From contig JBEWZL010000056.1 in the NCBI GenBank assembly GCA_045837725.1, positions 1 through 64,000 of the forward strand: a stretch of DNA of 64,000 nucleotides, read 5' to 3'. Of the stretch, positions 1 through 10,650 are shown in pieces. Origin of the DNA: Vermamoeba vermiformis. Lineage: Eukaryota. The notes beneath the pieces were generated by a model. It was not told the origin of the DNA, made no database searches, and saw only the letters and a list, made by a program, of their open reading frames with translations. Within the stretch, counting starts at the first letter, position 1, and every line of letters begins with the position of its first letter. A program made the translations under genes and the position numbers.

Positions 1-357
1 GACGTAAACGAAAGATTTATTCTCGAGCCTGTCGTGAGATCTGTTTCTGATTCAGGAGATGATTTGTTTAGCACTGGCAACAAATCAATTTCTGGCTCAA
101 GAAAGGATTTGTTGACCATTGACAGGTGATTCATCCCAAGACAAGATTTATTAACCACTGCTAATTCATTCGTTCCTGAATCAAGAAGGGATTAATCTAC
201 AAACACTAGCAAGTCCAATTCCTAAACAGATTTATTCCCAGGTATCCTTTTGTGGTTCAAAAAGGGATTTTATTTAAATCAAATTTTGCGGAGACCAACC
301 AGCCCTAAACCACCCTAATCTCAGACCCTAACCGTGGCTCGATCAGCGACAAATGTT

Positions 358-490
358 TGGGCACCTACGATTCCGTGGGCACCTAAATTTCCGTGGGCAC
401 CTAGGTTTCCGTGACTGGGCACCTAGAATTCCGGGCACCTAGAATTCCGTGACTGGGCACCTAGAATTCCGCGCACCTGGGATTCCGTGG
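358..490. repeat. Tandem array of ~7 copies of a 17-22 bp unit TGGGCACCTAGAATTCCG(TGAC)
   Basis: Units read directly at ~358, 376, 394, 416, 433, 454, 471; preceded by degenerate CCCTAA motifs at 301-332. Confidence 0.95.
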
Positions 491-2850
491 GTCAGGCCAG
501 GTCCACCAAATCGACTGGGGACTTTGAGGGGATATGCACAAGCTACCAGCGTATCTCCTGCATGATGATGGGGGAGAGGGGGCGGCGACCCGGGCGGCGG
601 GGGGGCGGGGGGAAAGCAAGGGGGGAGGGGGAGGGGGGGGCCAACGAGGGGGACAGGGGAAGCACGAGGTACCAGCGTATCCCCGGTGCGAAGAAAGGGG
701 TGGGTGAGGTGTCGAAGGAAGGTTGTGACCCGGTGGGTCCGGAGAGGGGTTTGATGGGGAAAGACGGGGGTCCGAGGGGGAAAGTACAGGGCTGGGGGCA
801 GACAAGGGGGTGGTCAGGGTGGGTCAACCAAATGGAGTGGGGACTTCAGGGGGGATATGCTGGAGGTACTGGGGTATCCCCTGCACGAAGAAAGGGGGAG
901 GTTGGTTGTCGGCCTGAGGTCAAGACCCAGGTCAGTCCCAGGAGGTTATGGGTTGATTCGATTGGACAAGGGGAGGTTCAATCAAGCAGATACATGGGAG
1001 GCACCAGGGTATCCCTGCAAAGAAAGGGGGAGGTTAGGCATTGGACCAAGGTGAAGACCTGGGACAGTCCCAAGAGGGGTCCTGATGGGAGCTGAGGGGT
1101 CTGGGTGGGAAATGCAAGGGGCAGGGGGGTTGGGAGGGGGGTCAGGGCATGTCAACCAAATTGAGTGGGGACTTCAAGGGGGATATGCATGAGGTACCAG
1201 CATATCCCCTGCATGAAGAAAGGGGGAGGTTAGGCGTTGGACCAAGGTTGTGACCTGGGTAGGACAGGAGAGGGGTTTGATGGGGAAAGAGGGGTCTGGG
1301 GGGGAAAGTATGGGGTGGGGGTGGGTCAGGAGGGTGGTCAGGGGTGGTTCAACCACATCAAGAGGGAATTTCAAGGGGATATGCATGAGGTACTTGCGTA
1401 TCCCCAATGTGAAGAAAGGGGTGGGTTAGGTGTTGAAGGAAGGTCATGACCCAGGTCAGTCCTGAGAGGGGTCATGGTGGGGAGCCAAGGGGTTCAGGTG
1501 GGGAGGTGCAAGGATCTGGGCAGGTTGGAAGGGTGCTCAGGGTGGCTCAACCAAATTGAGTGGAAACTTCAAGGGGTGAGGAACCAGGGTATCCCCTCCA
1601 TGAATACAGGGGAGGTTGGTTGTTGGCCTGAGGTCAAGACCCAGGTCAGTCCCAGGAGGTTAAGGGTTGATCAGATGAAGGGGAGGTTCAATTGAGCACA
1701 TGGGTGGAAAGAGGGGGAAGTCCCATGTCCAGGCAGGTCATCAGCTTGGGTCTGCGGCATGGGACCTTCAAGGGGGATATGCAGGGGGTGTTAGGGCATC
1801 CACGGAGTGAAAGATGGGGGAGTTAGGTTCCCACCCATCCTACCTTCTGCCCAGCCACGTCAAGGCCCATAAGGTCAAACCTACAGGGCAGGGCAGGACC
1901 AAGCTGAGGACTGTCTAGGGGGACTCACAGTGGGGAGAGGTGGCAGGTGTGGTGAATGTAGGCCTCTCACAGTGAACGAGGCAGAGGTTATGGACAGAGG
2001 TAAAATATTTGTGCGCCAGGTACTGGGACCTGAACCTCAAGGTCAAAACTTGAAAAGAGGGACAAATGCAATCTCACTTACCTGGTCTTCCACCAAGAGG
2101 TTGATTGTTATGCACAACAGTAGTTTGGGGGGTTAACCAAATTACATGGGACTTCAAGGCAAATCTGCACAAGGTGTTGGGGTATCCCTTGCACAAAGCA
2201 AGAGGGAGGTTGGGTGTTGGACCAAGACCTGGGTCAGTCCCAGGAAGTTGAGGGTTGACTTGATTAGATGAGCAGGAGGTTTGATTGAGAGGCCCAGGCA
2301 GCAAGGCTAGTATCTGGGTGGGTCAATGGGATCGAGAGATAGCTTTGAGAGGGGTGTGGGAGGTTCTGGGGTAACCCCTGCATGAAGAAAGGGGGTGTTA
2401 GGCAAAGAAATGTTGCCCAGGAAGAGTCAACTAGATTGAGCCAGAGAGAAGCAGGGAGAAGTCCAGATCCAGGGTGGCAGGTGGGTGATAGCTACAGAGT
2501 GGGCCAGTCCCAATCACAGGGTCACCCTTCAAAGCTGGGTTGAGCAGACAGGGTGGCTGAAGGTGGGATGTGATGGGTCAACAACTGTTTGAAGTGGGAT
2601 ACCCTGGCAACAAATAGACATGAAGTTAGTTCTATTGGGGATTGGAGTTACAGGCACTCAAAAAAGAGCAAGCAGAAATTTATCTACAGCTGCCAGGACT
2701 TTGTCCAGGTAGTAGTGCGCACATACAAAGGTCACCAGTGGTGCCTGAGGAGTGTGGTGGTCCTGGCCTGTAGCACCTTCAGACAGCCTTCATCATTCAA
2801 AGTAATTGTCTGACCCTTTGAAGAGGGAACAGAGCAAGAGATGTGCCAAG
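490..2850 (-). pseudogene. Decayed spliced gene built partly from a repeated exon (GI[RP]xYLxHIPLKSPLxLVD-like)
   Basis: Minus strand near 2820-2590 reads FE**RLSEGATGQDHHTPQAPLVTFVCAHYYLDKVLAAVDKFLLALF*VP, then GTAACT..CTAAC..CAG intron; TGA stops consistent with CGA>TGA; frameshifts among the repeat copies. Confidence 0.45.
540..2400 (-). repeat. Degenerate G-rich repeat, ~10 copies mostly 130-200 bp apart
   Basis: Core GTATCCCCTGCATGAAGAAAGGGG and variants at ~551, 677, 874, 1009, 1202, 1398, 1589, 1795, 2182, 2370. Confidence 0.85.
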
Positions 2851-4159
2851 GTCTCCATCAGGCAACTGTTGATAATTCCTCAAGGATCGCCCTTTTTGGT
2901 TCATACCTTGAAAAACAAGGGCCCAGACCCCTTGACCAGGTCAGACCTGGGAGTCTGATGGGATGGCCAGCTCTTGGCTGACAAGTCAGGGAACCAACGT
3001 GATAGGTTGCAAACCATTAACCAGACATGATAATTGAGCTTGGCAAAGTCCAGTACTTCCAGTTCAGCTCAGTTGACCTCCCTTCCTGAGTCATAAAGGG
3101 ATTAGAAAATGGCACGCACTCAAAAGGAGACCGAGTTCATACCTGTGTTTTTTATCAAATTGAAGGTTTCTTTTCTCCATGCTTTAACAAGTTCAAGATC
3201 TGGGTAGCTTGGGTAGATCACCTGTAAACTTGAATTAGAATCTCTTCTTGGGTCAGGAAAGGATTATCTCACTGAAACTTTAATCTTTCCCCTCTCTGAC
3301 TCAGGAAGGGATTTTCCCTCTCTGATTCAGGAAGGGATGCTTAATTGTGAATAACACTTAAAATTTACTGTTCCCTTCCCTATCTGCAAATATTGTACTT
3401 ATGACATCTTTGCAGATTTTCCTTTTACTGGGTAGCACCTGGGCTGTTTTCTTGTCGTCAAGCGTGGTGTTGTGTTTGTGGGGGTGAGCAAAATGAATTT
3501 CTTGCTTTCCAAACATTACTTTTGAATTTCCTCCCTTTTTATTTAGGGAGGATATTTTTTCCCTCCCTGGCTCATAGAGGGAAGGTTTTCTGCCAATTTT
3601 CATGTTGCTTCTCAAGTTGAAAATCCCTTACTGCTTAGCAATTTGTCTTGGAGGAATTGGGGGGAAACCCCCCCACAGCCCCCAGCAACATTTTTTCTTC
3701 ATAGCCCAGGATTTTTTCTTTGCTTTTGCCTTGCTGAAATTTTCCCCTTCAATCTCTGATTTTGTCCAGATTTTTCCTGATTTTTTGTTGTTTTTGCCTG
3801 ATTTTCCCTCAATTTTGGAATTTTCGCCTCAATTTCCTTCATTTTTCCCTTTGTTCTTTCGAAATCCCTTCCTGTCTCAGGGAGGGATTGCCTTGTAGGG
3901 GAAGGGATTTTCATCACTGCCTGTCTTTCTTCTTGAATTCCCTTCTTGAGCCAAAGAAGGATCGTCTTTCGAAAACAGCTTTCACAACCCTAACCCCGAT
4001 GTTTTTTGATATTTCTCATATAAATTCTGCACCGTGGTCTCGAGTACTTGCCAACAAGATGGAGTGTGTCTTGTTCATTCAGCCCAGTGCACTGCATTGC
4101 AAGTTGTACAATCAATACGTGCACTCTGGAAATGGACTCTACTATGGTACCGGTGAAAA

Positions 4160-4537
4160 ATGATATTACTTAAGCAAAAATTTACTTTGAAAACCGACAT
4201 GTTTTTACTTAAGCAAAAATTTGCTTTGAAAACAAAAAGTTTGAGAGAGAACTCAAGCAGACACCAAGAAACTCAAGGACAATGCCTTTGGAAAGGGCCA
4301 ATATCTCAAGTAGGCTGCTTTGGAGACGGTCAAGGAAAAGGCAGGTCAATGCCAAGGACTATGTTGCTAACAATTCCAAAAGAGCTAAGAAGGTGTTCGC
4401 ATTAAGGACCAAGTTGTTGAGGAGGTTGTTGATGTCAAGGTCTAAAGGACAAAGTTTTGGGTACTGAAACCACTCCAATGGAGAAACAACTGAAATCTTA
4501 CTAAGCAAAAAAATTGCTTAGCAAATGTTTGCTTAAC
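4160..4537. repeat. Cluster of near-palindromic TAAGCAAAAWTTTRCTT motifs
   Basis: Two ~33 bp direct copies at 4160-4233 and variants at 4498-4537; related copies at 12465-12480 and, inverted, at 16969-17003. Confidence 0.75.
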
Positions 4538-4628
4538 AAAAAAGGGATGAGGTACATCCAACACGAGTTACTCCAAACAGACGAAATCAAAGTGCGTATC
4601 AAGTACAATCAAAAGAAATGTAATTTAT

Positions 4629-6272
4629 TTATTTATTATTTAAACCTTTAATGATGACGGAATTCTCCATCTTCATTAATTTAACAATCGACATTAGCTC
4701 TTTAAGCCTCTCTTTTGAGACTTCTGTTTCGCTTTCATTCTCTCTTTGGTCGTCTTCAAGATTTGGAATTGGAGGAGGGAGGAGAATAGAGACCCTAAGC
4801 AAACATTAATAAATGCATGCAAAACATTTAAACCGGAACTTACACTTTTTTCACGCGGCGAATCAGCTTCAAATTCTCCAATGTTTTCATGGCCTTATTG
4901 ACCGTGTCCGGTGACATGCCTGTGTGCTTATGAATTTTTTGCGGAACACCTGAGCATTCGACAACGTCAAGAATTTCGCGTCCAAATTCAGCTGCCGAAC
5001 AAGTGAACTCTTTGAGCACAGAACCCTTGTACAAACCGTGGAAAACTAATATTAAATCGTTAGAATAAATTAATGACAATATTATCAATTTGTACTTACG
5101 AAGATGAACATACAAAAGAATCGGTGCAAAGGTACCGCGAGTACTTTGTGGGTCTGGATTAAAAATAGTGTTGTGCCAAACACCATTACTGAAAAAATAC
5201 TGCGTGGCATTGGCGACATTCTCTCTGCGACTCAAATCTATTGATATTTTAGCGATTTAGTAACAATATTCAGTTTTACTTACCGTCATCCTCTCTCTTC
5301 AAACGAGGCCACTCTGTTACTTCGACAAGGTTATCACAACTCGTCGGTGCTTTGTTTGAGGTTCGGCTGGCTGACCAGCGTTGCGCTTTCCGCGTAAGCG
5401 TCGTTTAGATCCTAAATTGATTGTTAACAAGAGTGAAAGTTAAGCCAGTAAAACTTACCTGACGTCATTGCGAACTCTTCCGAGACATTACCCTCTTCTT
5501 CTACTTCTACGGGTGTGACTTTCTGTTTTTTCTTGGGCCGCTCATTGTCGTCATTTGTGGCGCTTCGCTTCTTGGCCCTCCCACCAGGATTAGACTCCTT
5601 GCTTTGGCCTTCACCTTCGTCGGCTGCGAGAGACTTTTTCTTAGCGTAAGCGGCTGCTTTCTTTCCGGCGGGTGGCTTTTTCTTGGGCTTTTGCTTCTTC
5701 GCGGGGGCCTTCTTGGAAATCTTGCGCCCCTTGTTAGAGGACTCTTCGGCTTGAACGTCCTCGTCGGGCTCCTCAATAACCTCATCTATCTCCTCTTCGG
5801 ATCCTGAACCAAATTATTAGTTTTGCCGCCAGTAGTGATGATTGCCTTACTATCTCGTGCCAACGATTTACCAGTGCTAAAAATAAATTAGTAAAGCGAT
5901 AAACTCTCAACCGAAGGTATTCTTACCTTCCGATCAGATCGGATTCGTCACTGCCACTTTCTTCGCTTTAAAACCAGCAATTATTAAAATTGTCTATAAT
6001 AATAAACGTAACTACGTACTTGTCCTTCTCACCCCTGATTGAGAGGCTGAATAAAATTTATTTTTAGACATTATAGCGTCAAAAAATAAATAAAATAGCT
6101 TCACGCTTCACTATTTACTTACCGCCTCTTGGGCAAATAATTATCTCGGTTATTATCTATAAAATTTAAGTATTAAAAAAAAAGTTTCAGATTTATAAGA
6201 CAAAAATCATTACAGATATCGGGAATGAAGTCTTTTAATCTAAAAAACCTTACTATTTTTATTCGAGGCCAT
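4629..6272 (-). CDS. Multi-exon orphan: acidic and Lys-rich N-terminus, C-terminal winged helix (RPC34/TFIIIC-like); one apparent frame break near 5316-5400
   Basis: Splice path from ATG 6272 (MASNKNNNNRDNYLPKRR...) with canonical introns; exon ~5050-4845 encodes QKIHKHTGMSPDTVNKAMKTLENLKLIRRVKK; stop at 4629. Confidence 0.6.
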
Positions 6273-6421
6273 TATTGGCAACTCTGGTTACGCGTTGTGG
6301 TCTACACGATAGATTTGTTGTTTTTTTGATCGAAGTTCGCAACTTGAGAACTTGACGTTGTTGAAGGCCCACCACCACTATCCCATCTGCATGTTATTGC
6401 AGACCCTTCAACTACGACTCG

Positions 6422-9400
6422 TTAATTGGAGAAGTATTGCTTATACTTCGAAAGCCAAATCCCTTCATCCACGGGCAAGATCGGAGCACGCTTTCCATCT
6501 TGCTGAAAGAGTTGAGTGTTTAAGATGTCCTCGCGCTTAATGCCGTGATATCGAAGCGTAGATTCTGGGTTCGACTTCGTCAAATGAAAGATGCAAACAG
6601 CACGGAGTTCCGTTTTGTTTTTGCATGTTTTCACAAGCGTAGTAGATCTGATTATGTACTCGATAAGCTAATAATAATGCTTGGCGTTAGTAAATTATGC
6701 AAAGAAATGAAAAAGTCGCGCTCACCTTAATTTTCGCCTCTTGATCCAAGACGGAATCACTTTTGATTAGAACTGGCCCCGAAACGCCAAGAGCCATCAC
6801 AGCAGTCGGTTGCAACATCTCGGAAATGCGAACAAACTTGAAGACGCGAATGTCGCCATTTCCGGGGCTGGCCCAGAAAGAATCGTTCGAGATCAGAGGA
6901 AACATCTTCAAGCCAAGTCCCGCCAACAGCTGTTGAATTTTTCTCTTTAACCCAGCCACCGTAACGACATCTGCCGCGATATTGATGTTCGTTAAGTGTT
7001 GAATAGTTTGCAGAGATTTTGTCTTGCCAACTTTGATGTTTTTGTTGAGCTGCGCGATAACCTTTCTTTGCGCGAGTCGCCAGTGGTTGAAATAAACAAG
7101 AGTGATTGGACAACGCTTGAAGTGACGATTAAGATCGCTCGGAAATGCGCTCTCCAGTGCAGTTTCGATAGGGACAGCGTCTTTCACCCGCACCTGTTAG
7201 TGTCTATTAGAATCTATCGAATAGGCGAAGTAATTGACACTTACAATGCAATCAGGATGCTGAGCACTGAGCAAAGTATGAAGTGCATCACGTCCTTCAC
7301 GCAATGCGTTGACAAATTCTAGTTTCTGTGCAGTGCCGTGGAAGCCTGCCACCGCGCAAAGGGATGCAAACAAGCCGTTAACCAGATTCGCAGCAATTGT
7401 TCCACTGATTGACCTGTCACGCGGAACAACAATGCCACTGCAGGGGCGCAGGCAAAGTCGAATACGAGCGCTGAGCTCTTTCATTAGTTCCTTGTCGCTT
7501 GCGTGTTGAGGGAACAAGCTGTAAAGGAACTTCGGAGGCAAAGCCAGTATTAAGTCGTCGTTGACTTCCAAGTCAAGTAAATCGGCGTCGTGTTCGAGCT
7601 CTGCAGCGATGTCGTCCAAGGGCAATAAGCATTTCACCAGGTTGAAATTGTATGAGAAGTGCACGAAATCAGGGTTGAAATGAAGTCGCCCGTAAGTAAA
7701 GACACTCTCCCGAAGTTTGAAGCGGTTGAAAAGTTGCGGATGTGCCAGATTCACTGCCGCGCCACTCCAGATGAAGGTCAAGCAGTCTTGTAACAAGAAA
7801 GCAGCACGAAGTAAATCGTCGTTGTAGTCCAGTGCGTCCATATGGCGTGCTGTCAATATGGTTAGCGAGAAGATTACAAATACTGTATGTTTACCTTGGA
7901 CAACGTGATCCAAAAGAAGATAAAAGTAGTTAGCAATTCCCTCCGTGAATTTCTGTGGAAAAAGGCAGATCGTGTCGGTTAGCACAGTCTGAAGAGGGCT
8001 GCAACGCATCATTTCCAGAGGGATCAAGCCGCATTGATAAAGAGCTTTCAGCATGTTGAACAGTTCAGTCATGGCTTGACCAAGAGCTACCATCTCTTGG
8101 TACGCGAGAATTAATTGTTCCATCGTCGGGTTTTGTAGTGTAATTTCGATGCGCGGTCCATACGCCTTCTGCGGCATGATAGTAGAGTAAAGCTTTTGCG
8201 CACTTTTCCATTCTTTGCGCGAGCCGACGTCGTTAGCTTCCTCGTTAAGTCTAAAGCAATGTTAGCTAATACTACCAAAATTAAGGGCAAGAACCTACCG
8301 GGTGCGTAGTTTTTCGGAGATCCGAGCATCAGTACCAACGAGTTGCTTCACCTTTTCAACCGGGAAAGCTAATAACGCATGGTACGAGTTGGAGAATGGG
8401 ATGATATGACGATAATCATCGCTTCCTTTGTGGTACGCCTTAATGCACGACAGCAACAGATGTTCTTTGCCATACTCGATCATAGTACTGGCACAAGCGC
8501 CAATACCAAAGTTTGGATATTCGGTCGTTCTAAAAATAATAAATTAGATACTGGCATTCAGTCTAACCAAGCAATGCTTACTTTGGCCTGAGGTAGTCCT
8601 CCTCGTACTTGTTACTCCGCGCGCGCTGAAAGATGGTAGAGTTGCGTATCATTATGTTCTTTAGCGGAGAATTGATAGGATCGCTGAGAAGTGCGGTGAA
8701 GTTTCGCGTAAAGAACATTGTAACGTTGCTGTCATCGCCACACCTAACACATATGAATTGTGAGTGACACGTGTCAAATTGATTCTAAAAATAACTTACT
8801 TCAAATCCAGCCCGATATCTTGCATGTACGTTGCTTTGCTTCCCGGGGTGTGGTAGTACACCTTGTCTAAGTCGAACAATTCATTTAAATGTTCTCCCAA
8901 CAAACGTAGGTCTTCTTCAGATTTGATGGGATCTTTGCGACCAAAGTGCTGCAACACAAAGACAGGCTTGCACCTAAGTATTATATTAATAAAATATAAA
9001 ATGTTGTATCGTCAACGGTCATACCGCGGTTCTCTTTCGACAAGTTCCTCAATTCGGCGCTGGATGTAAGCAGATGTTTCGGGCAAAATCCTTGTTGTGG
9101 CTCCTGGATTCTTTGATTCGATAACAGCTTCATAAGGGAACGCAATTGGAGTTGTTCTGGCCTGCTCAGAATCGAGGACACCTGAGACGCGAGTTAATTA
9201 ACTTAGGTCTGAGATCTTGTTGTTGCAACGCTTACCAGCATACACGCATTCCTTAAAAAACTTCGTAATAACTTCACTAGATTGCTCCAAAGGGCAATCA
9301 GGAAATACCACGAACAACGGAATGTTACCGTCGACAAATCTGGTCCAATGAGTTAGTACTAACTCTCCTGTACTATTTAGAACTTACCCAAAACCAATAT

Positions 9401-10650
9401 TTGGGCATTTGTGCAATGCTTTGCCTTGGTGGCGCATCTTGCATGACGACAGGCGAACGCTGAAGTTTGGGCAAAATACCATCTCCCAGGAAACGCGAAT
9501 GAACTCGAGCGTATTGGTGTGGAAGCCAGTGAAATCCGTATCCAAGCAGAAAGACAGCTTGGTGTCCTTGGAGTTGGTCAGATAAAACCGAGGCCCGTAG
9601 TACGTGGATGACGTTAACCAATCAACGCTGTTGGTGAAGTCTTCACCAAAATCATCCCCATTCAGGATGATTCGCGCGTCATCGATCAAGTGCTGCGTGA
9701 ACAGATTTATCTTCAGAGCTCCGACCGATTGAGCCTGACGAATTTCGTCAAGAAGATTTTCGTCGTAAACAGTTCGCCCAGCATCATCTTGCAAAAGGTG
9801 CTCCCTAAATCGTAACATGTTAAAATCAATTTACGCGTGCCTAGCTGTTTAACTTACGATTCTATTTTCGGGAACAGCCGCATTTTTTCTTTTGGCGACA
9901 AAGCAAAGTACTCTTTCAAGTTTGCAAGTATTGCAACCACCCCGTCTCGCCTCAACAATCGCAGTAGCGCGTAGAACTCATCAGAAAAAACGTCAGGATT
10001 CTCGGGTCCCTCTTGTTCTTCTTCTGAAGAAGTTTCCAGCGCGGGAACGGGGCTGACGCACGCTGCATAGCGTCAGTTACGTACTAAAAGTGATAGATTA
10101 ACTCACCAGCAGAATCAGACGATACCGACGAAGGTGATGAGGGTGGCAAGGGTGAAGCACGAGAGGGAGGCGAATTCGGAGAGGTTTTTAAGTTATTTCT
10201 CGAACCTTGCGAAGGCATTAGTAAAATTGTAGACAAGCACACGGCATAAAATACTCACGCTGCGGCTTTGGGGTCACTAGCCAATCGTCCACGTCAAGTT
10301 CCGAGAGAGAGGAACCATGGCTGGGCGACGCGCAGTCCATAAAATCGTCGTGCACAAGTTGCGTGGGTTCTTCTGAGGAAAATTCCTCATAGACAGCGTG
10401 CGGGCACACGTTTTGGTCGTTAGACTCAAGGTCAAAGGCAGCGTTCAATAGTTTGTCGAATTTCTTGGTCGGCGAAAGAGCATCTGCGTTTATGATTAAT
10501 AAATAGCTATTTAGAAATAACTATTATTTACCATCGATCGAGCAGTTAAGAATTTGGTCGGTGATATCGCGCAAGCTAACTTTAGAAGCCTGTCGAAGGT
10601 TGGTCAATTCAACCAGTCTGGAAATTCTTCCGGATGCTTTCGAATATAAC
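6422..10650 (-). CDS. Large multi-exon orphan protein with Rep_trans-like motif triad (candidate tyrosine nickase/transposase)
   Basis: In-frame splice path through ORFs 10218-10448, 9384-9818, 8295-8483, 7197-8177, 6687-7193, 6422-6634; motifs QDIGLD (8805-8819), CIKAYHKG (YHK 8427-8435), PRIEITL (RIE 8145-8153). Confident it is a gene; function is inference. Confidence 0.65.

Noticed and set aside
487-2304. Gly-rich plus-strand ORFs here, and ORFs within the arrays at 16.4-17.5, 21.9-22.5 and 24.9-25.4 kb
   Set aside because: By-products of low-complexity or tandem repeats
45-3345. Recurring TCARGAARGGATT motif at 45-270 and 3250-3345
   Set aside because: Real but short and degenerate; cannot distinguish decayed coding repeats from a functional site
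4050-4125. Helitron-like N-terminal zinc motif CTTCNAVHWAE* on the minus strand
   Set aside because: Short, interrupted by a stop, and no HUH Rep or PIF1 helicase motifs were found downstream
6400-6730. Plus-strand F-box-like ORF
   Set aside because: Contains a stop and overlaps the properly spliced last exon of the minus-strand gene
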